The notes below the pieces were generated by a model. That model searched no databases. It was given only the letters and a program-made list of their open reading frames with translations, and was not told the DNA's origin. A stretch of DNA of 64,000 nt, from the NCBI GenBank assembly GCA_002269645.1, contig NIVC01003160.1, forward strand, positions 1 through 64,000. Direction: 5' to 3'. The stretch is from Macrostomum lignano (taxonomy: Eukaryota). Each line of letters starts with the position of its first letter. The stretch's first letter is position 1. Made by a program: the position numbers and the translations under genes. This document shows, in pieces, positions 25,602 to 37,719 of the stretch.

Positions 25602-26212
25602 GATCAGAGAGGCAGATTCAAGGATACTGAGGCAGATTCAAGGATCAGAGAGGCAGATTCAAAGATACTAAGGCAGATTCAAGGATACTGAGGCAGATTC
25701 AAGGATCAGAGAGGCAGATTCAAGGATCAGAGAGGCAGATTCAATGATCAGAGAGGCAGATTCGAGGATCAGAGAGGCAGATTCAAGGACCAGAGAGGCA
25801 GATTCAAGAATCAGAGAGGCAGATTCAAGGATCAGAGAGGCAGATTCAAGGACCAGAGAGGCAGATTCAAGAATCAGAGAGGCAGATTCAAGGATCAGAG
25901 AGGCAGATTCAAGAATCAGAGAGGCAGATTCAAGGACACTGAGGCAGATTCAAGGATACTGAGGCAGATTCAAGGATACTGAGGCATATTCAAGGATACT
26001 GAGGCAGATTCAAGGACACTGGGGCAGATTCAAGGATACTGAGGCAGATTCAAGGATACTGAGGCAGATTCAAGGATACTGAGGCAGATTCAAGGATACT
26101 GAGGCAGATTCAAGGATACTGAGGCAGATTCAAGGATACTGAGGCAGATTCAAGGATACTGAGGCAGATTCAAGGATACTGAGGCAGATTCAAGGATACT
26201 GAGGCAGATTCG
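25602..26212 (+). repeat. Second array of the same family, 21-bp units then a 20-bp variant (GATACTGAGGCAGATTCAAG)
   Basis: Visible. Confidence 0.95.
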
Positions 26213-26692
26213 ATGATTAAAGAGTTAAGAGGTCGACTAATGCAAGATGTGATTCGTGTAAATGGGTCTTAAATTTAATTGTGATGAAACATCAGTTTGG
26301 CACTACTAAATACTATAAGTAGTAAGCAAAGAACATGAAGTATATTTTAATTCAGCAACACTGGCTGAGTTCCAAGCAATCTTTCGATGGATGAGAATCA
26401 CCAATATGTTGCTGTTTCTGAAGCATATAAGCGGAAAATTATAATCATAATTGTTTTAATTTAAATTCTATTTACAAAAATATCTGTATATTTTGCACAC
26501 TCCAAAGACTCAGTAAAACAAACGTATTCACGTGTTAACAAGTTTCTGACAATAAAAAACAGTAGCAAATTTAATTACTCGTAACAGATAACAGGAATGA
26601 CGCAAAAAACCAACAATCACTATTCAGTATTCATATACTCATTTCTGAGGATGAGTTTACGTTATTCTTGCGCATGCGTCGTTATTTGGCGC

Positions 26693-26990
26693 TGTCCAAT
26701 AAGAGACTAGTACTCAAGGTCGAGGAGTGAGGGGGGTTCGCCCCCTTCCACGCTGTCCAATTAGAGACGATATATTCAAGGTCGAGGAGTGAGGGGGTTT
26801 CGCTTCCTTCCACGCTGTCCAATTAGAGACGATATATTCAAGGTCGAGGAGTGAGGGGGTTTCGCTTCCTTCCACGCTGTCCAATTAGAGACGATATATT
26901 CAAGGTCGAGGAGTGAGGGGGTTTCGCTTCCTTCCACGCTGTCCAATTAGAGACGATATATTCAAGGTCGAGGAGTGAGGTGGGTGCACA
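26693..26990. repeat. 62-bp tandem repeat, ~5 copies
   Basis: CAAGGTCGAGG recurs at 26715, 26777, 26839, 26901 and 26963. Confidence 0.92.
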
Positions 26991-27394
26991 TTGAGGGCAA
27001 AAGCTTATGGCGTCGACAAAAACGAATGCTTAACACTGACAGGGTCGAATTAAAGATTTTTTAAAATAATTATTTAAATTGTTGACTATGTACGTACATG
27101 TATGGCAAGTTAACTAAAGCTCTACACGCGGTTTCTATTTATATTCGTTATATACCAATTCACAAATGTTTTTGTTCACAGAGACACGGATTAGCCACAA
27201 AGAAGATAGTATAGAGATTGTGTGTACAAATGGTTTCAGAGACCAATTAGCAAATGGGGAATGGCTTAAGCTATTGTTTGTGACAGATTATTTATTTATG
27301 CAGTCTATGACTCGCTTAATACAGCTGTACTCTCTCAATTGAAGCAGGTACAGAATGTCTTAATTATTAGTGTCTCAATTTAGTAACACGTATA

Positions 27395-28125
27395 GTGTGT
27401 CAATCAGTACCCTAGATTGTGTCTCAATCAGTACCCTAAATTGTGTCTCAGTTAGTACCCTAAATTGTGTCTCAATCAGTACCCTAGATTGTGTCTCAAT
27501 CAGTACCCTAGATTGTGTCTCAATCAGTACCCTAGATTGTGTCTCAATCACTACCCTAAATTGTGTCTCAATCAGTACCCTAGATTGTGTCTCAATCAGT
27601 ACCCTAGATTGTGTCTCAATCAGTACCCTAGATTGTGTCTCAATCACTACCCTAAATTGTGTCTCAATCAATACCCTAAAGTGTGTCTCAATCAGTACCC
27701 TAGATTGTGTCTCAATCAGTAACCTAAATTGTGTCTCAATCAGTACCCTAAATTGTGTCTCAATCAATACCCTAAAGTGTGTCTCAATCAGCACCCTAAA
27801 TTGTGTCTCAATCAGTACCCTAGATTGTGTCTCAATCAGTAACCTAAATTGTGTCTCAATCAGTACCCTAGATTGTGTCTCAATCAGTACCCTAGATTGT
27901 GTCTCAATCAGTAACCTAAATTCTGTCTCAATCAATACCCTAAAGTGTGTCTCAATCAGTACCCTAGATTGTGTCTCAATCAGTACCCTAAATTGTGTCT
28001 CAATCAGTACCCTAAATTGTGTCTCAATCAATAACCTAAATTGTGTCTCAATCAATACCCTAAATTGTGTCTCAATCAGCACCCTAGATTGTGTCTCAAT
28101 CAGTACCCTAAACTGTGTCTAAATA
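27395..28125. repeat. Minisatellite, 24-bp unit (TGTGTCTCAATCAGTACCCTAGAT), ~30 copies
   Basis: Visible; downstream of the protocadherin stop. Confidence 0.95.
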
Positions 28126-28277
28126 CCCTAATTTTTGTCTAAATTTTTAGACATTTTAAGATTAAGAAGTCAAGAAGGTGAAACAGTAAGTAATTAAGTT
28201 ACACCACGATCAATAAGACCCGCTGGCCACTGGCCACTGTCAGAGGTCTCTGCCGAGTTTAATCTGCAGCCGAAGGC

Positions 28278-28771
28278 TCACACAAAGCTGCTGGTCAGAT
28301 AGGGACTGCCATAGACAAAACCGCCGCGACCGCCGCCCTCAGCCGTGCGACCGCTGCCAGCGCCTGTCGATGAAGTATTGGACGAGTCAACCAAGTAGCG
28401 AACCGTTTGAAACTTTTGACTGGGAATCGCTGCTGTTGATGGCATTTCTTTTAATAGCAAACTTTGCTGCTGCTGTTCCTGCGAGCCGGGCCATCTGCGT
28501 CTTGTAGGCTCCGTTGATGGAGGTCGCAGACTCTTGTAGTAACTCTCCGGAAAGCTGCCGTTTTTAGCGCCCTCTGAGCTCATCGAGTTCAGTCGGCCCA
28601 GGCCGCCTCGGAAGAAGCTGGTTTTTGAATTGGCGCCAATTTCCAAGTCGGTGTCGGAGGCATCGACAGCCGCGGCGGCGTACTGCGGCAGCATCGCGGA
28701 GGCAACGTCGCTGTCCTCGCTGTTGCGACGATGCATTTGATTCTGCTGATAGCGCGGTCGCTGATAGTAGC
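28278..28771 (-). CDS. Protocadherin last exon (GYYQRPRYQQNQMHRR...YLTSSFV*)
   Basis: Acceptor tccttccag| (phase 1), open to the stop at 28278-28280, ends in a class I PDZ-binding-like motif. Exon total is 3549 nt = 1182 aa plus stop. Confidence 0.8.
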
Positions 28772-29223
28772 CTGGAAGGAGTTTTTAACCAGAATTTTTT
28801 GTGGGTGTGCGCTAAAATTTCTGAGCGTTAAATTACAGCTTTAAAAAATTTGCCTTATTTATTTTGATGTCTGAAAGTGTCTTAATAGGCTTGCTAAAAT
28901 GTACCAAAAAGATTTGTTTAAATGCGTCACAATTATTTGTTCGAATTAATCAAAATTGTTTGTCTAATATGCGTTCTATTTTTAAAAGATCTCTAAAGTA
29001 TTTGGTAACATGCGTCTTAAATATTTGTTTAAATGTGTCTCAATCGTTTGGTCTGATTTGTCCTAATTGTAGTTGTTTAGTTGCGCCAAATTATATAACA
29101 AAATCATTTGTTAAAAATGAATCTGTATTGTGGAGCTAAGTGTTGTGTATCAGATATATTATGATCTCTAGACTAATTCTCAATTAATAGCTATTCGATA
29201 GTTTGGATTGTAAATTTTCTCAC

Positions 29224-29281
29224 CTGACTGTTTTACAGATGAGTGCCTGTTTGAAAAGTACTGCAGTCCCGCGGTGGCGAA
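29224..29281 (-). CDS. Protocadherin exon 7, 58-nt small exon (FATAGLQYFSNRHSSVKQS)
   Basis: Acceptor aaatttcag|, donor g|gtgaga. Phase 0 to 1 is exactly what is needed to join exons 6 and 8. Confidence 0.65.
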
Positions 29282-29374
29282 CTGAAATTTTAATTGGGAA
29301 TTGCCCTGATTGAACTGACCTGACAGGTTGCGAAAAATATGGAAAGGCTTCGAGTTTGGAAATTATCGAATTGA

Positions 29375-29965
29375 GGGAAATCTCGGGAAATATGGGAAAT
29401 CTTGGGGATAGATGGGAAATCTCGGCGAAAGATGGGAAATCTCGGGAAAGGATGGGAAATCTCGGCGAAAGATGGGAAATCTCGAACAAGGATGAGAAAT
29501 CTCGGGGAAGGATGGGAAATCTCGGGAAAAGATGGAAAATCTAGGGAAAGGAGGGGAAATCTCGAGGAAAGATGGGAAATCTCGGGGAAGGAGGGGAAAT
29601 CTCGAGGAAAGATGGGAAATCTCGGGGAAGGATGGGAAATCTCGGGGAAGGATGGGAAATCCCGGGAAAGGAGGGGAAATCTCGAGGAAAGGTGGGAAAT
29701 CTCGGGGAAAGGTGGGAAATCTCGGGGAAAGATGGGAAATCTCTGGGAAAGATGGGAAATCTCGGGGAAAGATGGGAAATCTCGGGGAAAGATGGGAAAT
29801 CTCGGGGAAAGATGGGAAATCTCGGGGAAAGGTGGGAAATCTCGGGGAAAGATGGGAAATCTCGGGGAAAGGTGGGAAATCTCGGGGAAAGATGGGAAAT
29901 CTCGGGGAAAGATGGGAAATCTCGGGGAAAGATGGGAAATCTCGGGGAAAGATGGGAAATCTCTC
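29375..29965. repeat. Minisatellite, 20-bp unit (GATGGGAAATCTCGGGGAAA)
   Basis: Fills most of protocadherin intron 6. Confidence 0.93.
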
Positions 29966-29976
29966 GTTAAAAGCAC

Positions 29977-30164
29977 CTCATCGTCGCTTTCGTCGGTGAC
30001 AGCTGACTTCAGCAGCGCCTGCGGCGGCCGCACCGGCATGGAGATGAACCCCCGACCGCCCATCGCCCTGTCGGAGCGGTGCTCAGCGGTCGGGGATGTG
30101 GAGTCGTCGAAATTACCGCCGTTGTTGCTGGAAACGCCGCCAAGTCCCAGCTTCGCCAGCCATC
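29977..30164 (-). CDS. Protocadherin exon 6, cytoplasmic (GWLAKLGLGG...AVTDESDDE)
   Basis: Acceptor cccgcag| (phase 1), donor gag|gtgctt (phase 0), 188 nt, GC-rich island. Confidence 0.7.
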
Positions 30165-30329
30165 CTGCGGGATGATTCGGGATGAGCTGGATGTAGTCGG
30201 TGATGCTGGGATAATTATTATAACTTATTCAGTAGTATTTAAGGCATATAATATTATAATTGTAACAAATTAGTAAATTTATGCAACTTGAATTAATTTT
30301 AGATAACCTGATCGCATCCAGTCCAATGC

Positions 30330-30670
30330 TGTCTGATCTTATCCAATCCAATCTAATCCAAACCAATTCGATCCAATCTAATCCAATCCAATCAAATCCA
30401 ATCTAATCCAATCCAATCCAATCCAATCAAATCCAATCAAATCAAATATAATATAATCAGTTATACTAAAATATTATTTAATATTATTCAATCCAATCTA
30501 ATCGACTCTAATGCAATCAAATCAAATCAAATCTAATCTAATCTAATCTAAACTAATCTAATCTAATCTAATCTAATCTAATCTAATCTAATCTAATCTA
30601 ATCTAATCTAAACTAATCTAATCTAATCTAATCTAATCTTATCTTATCTTATCCAATCCAATCAGATGCA
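30330..30670. repeat. Pentanucleotide microsatellite (AATCT/AATCC)n
   Basis: Visible. Confidence 0.85.
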
Positions 30671-31085
30671 ACTAATGCAATCCGATTTAATCTAGTCTTA
30701 TCTGATCGAAATTATTTGATTTAATTTAAAAAATTCACTCATATCCAATCAAACATATTTTCAACTAATCTAAATATAAGGAATCTAATCTAACCCAAAC
30801 TATTCTGATCCAATCTGATGTAATGTAGTAATATATGTTATATAATATCCATAATTCCAGTACAAGTCTAAAGCAAAAATAAATGCACTTGTATATCATT
30901 ATTAATGCGGGAGAAAATATCTTTAGTTAACGATCTAGTTAGTCATTTCGTGTCTGTGTATTACAGTATTATTTACTCTTCCATCTCTTGTCAAATTTTC
31001 ACGCCTATCACCCTTGGCTTGAGTTTGTAGGAAATTGTAGCCAGGCCCTGCTAACCTGCACAGTTAACCCGAGGCCTCTAAACAC

Positions 31086-31088
31086 ACA

Positions 31089-31146
<58 letters not shown>

Positions 31147-31155
31147 CTCTCTCTC
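31086..31155. repeat. (CT)n microsatellite
   Basis: Visible. Confidence 0.9.
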
Positions 31156-31518
31156 TGCTTTGCGGTCGCTAGTTTCGGCGGATATTAAGTCGCGGTGAAG
31201 GGAAGTTACGAGTATAGGAGAAGACAGCACTTGTGTGCATATAAGATTTGTGTGAAAAGCTGCCCTGTTAGTTAGCCTGACCATTTTTTTCAATTAATTT
31301 GTTGCATTCAACACCGACTCTGCTGACTGTGGTTGACGAGTTCAAATATCCCATTTCCTGTTTAAAGAGTATGTAGAAAACTACAAACACACAAAGTTCG
31401 TGACAAGTGGGAGCTTTGTGACACGTTTGCATATTGGGAATGGCTTGGCAGTGTTAAGTGTGCTTGCACTCAGGATATTTTCATGGTTCTTAGAAATTGA
31501 TTTGCACAGATTTTAAAA

Positions 31519-31577
<59 letters not shown>

Positions 31578-31578
31578 C

Positions 31579-31639
<61 letters not shown>

Positions 31640-31640
31640 A

Positions 31641-31681
<41 letters not shown>

Positions 31682-31790
31682 CACAGACAGACAGACAGAC
31701 AGACACACAGACAGACAGACACACAGACAGACAGACAGACAGACAGACACACAGACAGACAGACAGACACACAGACAGACAGACAGACAC

Positions 31791-31822
<32 letters not shown>

Positions 31823-31850
31823 AAAGACAGACAGACAGACAGACAGACAC

Positions 31851-31911
<61 letters not shown>

Positions 31912-31912
31912 A

Positions 31913-31973
<61 letters not shown>

Positions 31974-31974
31974 C

Positions 31975-32009
<35 letters not shown>

Positions 32010-32034
32010 CACAGACAGACAGACAGACAGACAC

Positions 32035-32069
<35 letters not shown>

Positions 32070-32070
32070 C

Positions 32071-32117
<47 letters not shown>

Positions 32118-32153
32118 CACAGACAGACAGACAGACACACAAACAGACAGACA
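31519..32153. repeat. (CAGA)n microsatellite
   Basis: Visible; starts about 14 nt from the exon 5 donor. Confidence 0.96.
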
Positions 32154-32167
32154 AACTCAAATCTCAC

Positions 32168-32882
32168 CCCGCTGTTTCTTCCTCCCTCTCGCCAGTCCGT
32201 CCCCGGTCGCACGTCGGGACCCTCCGACGCCACGGGCCGCCCCGTCCTGCGGATCCTCGGCCGCCGCCTGGCCCGGCGGCTGCAGGTAGTAGCAGAAGTA
32301 CGCCAGCAGCAGCACAACGCACAGCAGCACCAGGAATGACAGGCCGACACAGACTGTCACCACCACGAGGTCGTGAGCGTCGCTGCCGCTGCCGCCGCCG
32401 TCCAGTCCGCGGTTTCGACCTGCGTCCCCTGCAGGCTGCCCGTCGCTGACGCCCTCGCCGCCTTCCCCCCTCCTGGGCTGCTGTCCAGTGAACCTGACCG
32501 TCAGACTCTGCTGGCTGCTCCGTCGAGCCGAAGCCAGTGGCCCGGCGTCCTCGGCGCGCACCGTCAGTTTGCAGACGCGACTGTCGGCAAAACGAATTGG
32601 TGGCGATTGGCGAAGCACCAGCAAGCCGCTGCCGGGGTTCAGGTGGAACAGGCTGACGTCGCAGAACGGCATCGAGACTGTGTTAGTTGTCGAAGCAATG
32701 ACGTCGGTGTCAGCGGCACCCAGGAGGCTGTACACCAGCCGGCCGTTGTCGCCGAAGTCGGCGTCATCGGCGCTGATCATGGCGAGCTCCGCGCCTGGCC
32801 GCTCGTGGACGCTGACGTTCAAAGTTGAATTGCGATTGGAGGGGAACAGAAATCTGGGGGAGTTGTCGTTCTCGTCCAGGAC
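32168..32882 (-). CDS. Protocadherin exon 5 (EC7, transmembrane helix, juxtamembrane region)
   Basis: [11 protein letters not shown]...[10 protein letters not shown]...AEDAG, then [30 protein letters not shown]. Acceptor gcccag|, donor g|gtgaga, 715 nt, phase 0 to 1. Confidence 0.9.
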
Positions 32883-32921
32883 CTGGGCGGCGAAGATGGG
32901 TTTGGTTGGTTAGGTTGCCTC

Positions 32922-33240
32922 CACACTTCCCCATACCGGACCCACACTTCCCCATACCGGACCCACACTTCCCCATACCGGACCCACACTTCCCCATATC
33001 GGACCCACACTTCCCCATACCGGACCCACACTTCCCCATACCGGACCCACACTTCCCCATATCGGACCCACACTTCCCCATATCGGACCCACACTTCCCC
33101 ATACCGGACCCACACTTCCCCTTACCGGACCCACACTTCCCCACACCGGACCCACACTTCCCCATACCGGACCCACACTTCCCCATACCGGACCCACACT
33201 TCCCCTTACCGGACCCACACTTCCCCATACCGGACCCACA
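32922..33240. repeat. Minisatellite, 21-bp unit (CCACACTTCCCCATACCGGAC), ~15 copies
   Basis: Visible. Confidence 0.94.
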
Positions 33241-33277
33241 ATAGCTCACAGAGCGAACACAAAACCCATTTAAAAAC

Positions 33278-33570
33278 ACTCAACCACCGGAATCACTCTA
33301 AATCACCTAAGCCTCACCTGAATCACACTCAACCACCGGAATCACTCTAAATCACCTAAGCCTCACCTGAATCACACTCAACCACCGGAATCACTCTAAA
33401 TCACCTGAGCCTCACCTGAATCACACTCAACCACCGGAATCACTCTAAATCACCTGAGCCTCACCTGAATCACACTCAACCACCGGAATCACTCTAAATC
33501 ACCTGAGCCTCACCTGAATCACACTCAACCACCGGAATCACTCTAAATCACCTGAGCCTCACCTGAATCA
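33278..33570. repeat. 49-bp tandem repeat, ~6 copies, containing the exon 4 donor junction
   Basis: CAACCACCGG recurs at 33281, 33330, 33379 and onward; the unit contains CCTCACCTGAATCA (minus strand: TGATTCAG|GTGAGG). Confidence 0.93.
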
Positions 33571-34045
33571 GCACCTCGGCAGTAGTCCACCTCGGTGGAA
33601 TGCCGTGATCCATGGCCTTCACAAACAGCCTGTGACTGTCGCTTCGTTCCCTATCCAGCTGCCTGGCAACCAGCTTGATTCCACCATCGGGCAAAACTCG
33701 AAACATCGAGTTCGGTTTAGCCAACGAAAATGTCACCCGACCATTGACGCCTTCGTCGTTGTCCTTGGCAACCAACTGCCCAATCAGCGAACCGAACTGC
33801 GAGTTCTCGGGCACTTTGAATGTAAAATTTCCGGATTGAGTGCCCAGGAAAACGGGCGAACAGTCGTTCTGATCTTTGATGTCGATTCGAACTCCGATGG
33901 CAGCGGACAGCTCCGGTTTTCGGGCATCGTGAGCTGTCACTGTGCAGGCGATGCTGGAGTTGAGCTCTCGGTCGAATGAGACTCGAGTGTACAGGCTGCC
34001 GTTTCGTGGCCCGATGCCCAGGTAGGGGAAGCACTGGTCTGACAC
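33563..34045 (-). CDS. Protocadherin exon 4 (end of EC5, EC6)
   Basis: FDRE, KDQNDCSP, VPENS, AKDNDEGVNG, LDRE, AMDHGIPP. Acceptor ccttag|, donor cag|gtgagg, 483 nt. Confidence 0.93.
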
Positions 34046-34067
34046 CTAAGGTAGTAGGAGACAAGCT

Positions 34068-34920
34068 GAATATTCGATTCTGGAGCTGAATATTCGATTC
34101 TGGAGCCTAATATTCGATTCTGGAGCCTAATATTCGATTCTGGAGCTAATATTCGATTCTGGAGCCTACTATTCGATTCTGAAGCTTAATATTCGATTCT
34201 GGAGCTGAATATTCGATTCTGGAGCTAATATTCGATTCTGGAGCCTACTATTCGATTCTGAAGCTGAATATTCGATTCTGGAACTTAATATTCGATTCTG
34301 AAGCTGAATATTCGATTCTGGAGCTGAATATTCGATTCTGAAGCTGAATATTCGATTCTGGAACTTAATACTCAATTCTGAAGCTGAATATTCGATTCTG
34401 GAGCCTAATATTCGATTCTGGAGCCTAATATTCGATTCTGGAGCTGAATATTCGATTCTGGAGCTTAATATTCGATTCTGGAGCTTAATATTCGATTCTG
34501 GAGCTGAATATTCGATTCTGGAGCTGAATATTCGATTCTGGAGCCTAATATTCGATTCTGGAGCTGAATATTCGATTCTGGAGCTGAATATTCGATTCTG
34601 GAGCTGAATATTCGATTCTGGAGCTTAATATTCGATTCTGGAGCTTAATATTCGATTCTGGAGCTGAATATTCGATTCTGGAGCTGAATATTCGATTCTG
34701 GAGCTTAATATTCGATTCTGGAGCTTAATATTCGATTCTGGAGCTGAATATTCGATTCTGGAGCTGAATATTCGATTCTGGAGCTGAATATTCGATTCTG
34801 GAGCTGAATATTCGATTCTGGAGCTGAATATTCGATTCTGGAGCTTAATATTCGATTCTGGAGCTGAATATTCGATTCTGGAGCTTAATATTCGATTCTG
34901 GAGCTGAATATTCGATACTG
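34068..34920. repeat. Minisatellite, 20-bp unit (AATATTCGATTCTGGAGCTG), ~42 copies
   Basis: Occupies ~850 of the 917 nt of intron 3. Confidence 0.96.
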
Positions 34921-34962
34921 GACTTAATTACTGTACTTAGGTTTCATAGTTTACCTACTCAC

Positions 34963-35472
34963 CTGATACACCGTCAGCGCATTTTCCCCTTCGTCATCAT
35001 CCTGAGCCAGCAAGCTGCCAATCACAGTGCCAGCTGGTTGGTTCTCTGACACCTGCATCGTCTCGTGGCTTTTTAAAAATCTCGGCGGCGAATCGTTGAC
35101 GTCCTGGACTCGAATCGGGATGTTGCTAGTCGCAGTCAACCCGGCCGAATCGTGGCAGACGAGCCGCAGGCTGTACTCGGAGACCCGCTCCCGGTCCAAT
35201 GGGCGGATGTTCCTCAGGATGTACCGCAGTCGGCTGGGATTGTCCCGGTGGCCGCCGGAGGCTGCATCCGGTTGCAGAGCGAACGCGTCCTGCGCCTGGT
35301 TGAACTCGCTCACCTCGCAGTCGAGGCGTCGGTTCCGTTCGTCGACATCCTTGTCGGTGATGTCGATCAGAGCCAGAATGGTCGGTGGCTGATTCTCCAA
35401 CACCGACACGACGGGAGCTGATGGCACTGGCGACACCTTGATATCCGGAGCATTGTCATTGACGTCCTCCAC
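34963..35472 (-). CDS. Protocadherin exon 3 (EC4 and first half of EC5)
   Basis: VEDVNDNAP, LENQ, TDKD, LDRE, QDVNDSPP, SENQ, AQDDDEGEN. Acceptor cccgcag|, donor cag|gtgagt, 510 nt. Confidence 0.93.
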
Positions 35473-35494
35473 CTGCGGGTCGTTCGGGATAGAG

Positions 35495-36205
35495 CATCAC
35501 TCACTCCAGCATCACTCACTCCAGCATCACTCACTCCAGCATCACTCACTCTAGCATCACTCACTCCATCATCACTCACTCCAGCATCACTCACTCCAGC
35601 ATCACTCACTCCAGCATCACTCACTCCAGCATCACTCACTGCAGCATCACTCACTGCAGCATCACTCACTGCAGCATCACTCACTGCAGCATCACTCACT
35701 CCAGCATCACTCACTCCAGCATCACTCACTCCAGCATCACTCACTCCAGCATCACTCACTGCAGCATCACTCACTCCAGCATCACTCACTCCAGCATCAC
35801 TCACTGCAGCATCACTCACTCCAGCATCACTCACTCCAGCATCACTCACTCCAGCATCACTCACTCCAGCATCACTCACTCCAGCATCACTCACTCCAGC
35901 ATCACTCACTCCAGCATCACTCACTGCAGCATCACTCACTCCAGCATCACTCACTCCAGCATCACTCACTCCAGCATCACTCACTCCAGCATCACTCACT
36001 CCAGCATCACTCACTCCAGCATCACTCACTGCAGCATCACTCACTCCAGCATCACTCACTGCAGCATCACTCACTCCAGCATCACTCACTCCAGCATCAC
36101 TCACTCCAGCATCACTCCCTCCAGCATCACTCACTGCAGCATCACTCACTCCAGCATCACTCACTGCAGCATCACTCACTGCAGCATCACTCACTACAGC
36201 ATCAG
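35495..36205. repeat. Minisatellite, 15-bp unit (TCACTCACTCCAGCA), ~47 copies
   Basis: Visible; source of the VSDAG ORF. Confidence 0.96.
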
Positions 36206-36634
36206 TCACTTCAGCAACATTCAAATAGTTAAATAAATCAAACTGTCTGCATTTTCATACTTTTCTATCTTTATTGCAGCAATTAGCGATACCGAATTTT
36301 GTCCGGAACAAAGCAAAAAAAATCTTTCTGCTTCAGCAAATCGGCTTAGCGAACCGTGATCTCCCGAGCTAAAATCTTCCCAACACTGGGAGTCAGGTAA
36401 TCCTATCACGTTAAACTGGATCTCTTCAACATCTGTGGCTAAAAAAGTTTTACAATTCAACTCCCAATGCTTTGCTGTGAAAAATCTGATTTTTACGCAT
36501 TAAAAATTTCTTGGATTGTCAAAGGATATGGTTGATCTTATAGGATTTAACAGCATTGGATTATCGCTTCGTTTAGTGTCAGCTGTGGATAAAATTGTTT
36601 ACAGAACTTTTGACTTGAGTGCCTCAGTATCTTT

Positions 36635-37390
36635 GAATCTGCCTCTCTGATCCTTGAATCTGCCTCAGTATCCTTGAATCTGCCTCTCTGATCCTTGAAT
36701 CTGCCTCAGTGTCCTTGAATCTGCCTCTCTGATCCTTGAATCTGCCTCAGTATCCTTGAATCTGCCTCAGTGTCCTTGAATCTGCCTCTCTGATCCTTGA
36801 ATCTGCCTCTCTGATCCTTGAATCTGCCTCTCTGATCCTTGAATCTGCCTCTCTGATCCTTGAATCTGCCTCTCTGATCCTTGAATCTGCCTCTCTGATC
36901 CTTGAATCTGCCTCTCTGATCCTTGAATCTGCCTCTCTGATCCTTGAATCTGCCTCTCTGATCCTTGAATCTGCCTCTCTGATCCTTGAATCTGCCTCTC
37001 TGATCCTTGAATCTGCCTCTCTGATCCTTGAATCTGCCTCTCTGATCCTTGAATCTGCCTCTCTGATCCTTGAATCTGCCTCTCTGATCCTTGAATCTGC
37101 CTCAGTATCCTTGAATCTGCCTCAGTGTCCTTGAATCTGCCTCAGTGTCATTGAATCTGCCTCAGTGTCCTTGAATCTGCCTCAGTGTCATTGAATCTGC
37201 CTCAGTGTCCTTGAATCTGCCTCAGTGTCCTTGAATCTGCCACAGTATCCTTGAATCTGCCACAGTATCCTTGAATCTGCCACAGTATCCTTGAATCTGC
37301 CTCAGTATCCTTGAATCTGCCTCAGTATCCTTGAATCTGCCTCAGTGTCCTTGAATCTGCCTCAGTGTTCTTGAATCTACCTCTCTGATA
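36635..37390 (-). repeat. Third array of the 21/20-bp GAGGCAGATTCAAG family, inverted
   Basis: Forward CTTGAATCTGCCTCTCTGATC is the reverse complement of the 23978 unit. Confidence 0.96.
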
Positions 37391-37446
37391 ATTAAATCTG
37401 CCGAATATTTTGTCTGCTTCAGTTCCCAAAGGAATTAACTCCTCAC

Positions 37447-37719
37447 CTTAACGCTGATCGTCATGCTGGCAGTCCTGGGATCGGGCTGGTGACCATCGAC
37501 AGCCCGAACCTCCAGACTGAAGACCTGCTGCCTCTCTGCATCCAAACTGCTGGCCAGCCGGATCTCTCCGCTGACTGAATCGATTCTGAACGGCTGCTGC
37601 AGGGGGTCGCCAACTGAGCGAAGACTGTAACGCAGTCTGCTCAGCTGGCCTTCCTGCTCGTCTGGGTCCGTGGCTCGAACCCTGTACACCACGGAGTTCA
37701 CGGTGGCGTTTTCCGGGAT
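37447..37719 (-). CDS. Protocadherin exon 2 (EC3: IPENATV...ATDPD...LDAE...AVDG)
   Basis: Acceptor ccacag|, donor aag|gtgagg, 273 nt, phase 0-0, cadherin Ca-binding motifs. Confidence 0.92.

Noticed and set aside
17214-35421. ORFs antisense to or overlapping real exons (17214..17855, 32373..32828, 32488..32913, 33605..33979, 35027..35392)
   Set aside because: They are shadows of GC-rich C2 and cadherin exons and have no independent motifs.
36221-36630. 79-aa minus-strand ORF and unique AT-rich intronic segments as possible transposase remnants
   Set aside because: No DDE, RT or helicase motif was recognisable by eye; BLASTX would be needed.
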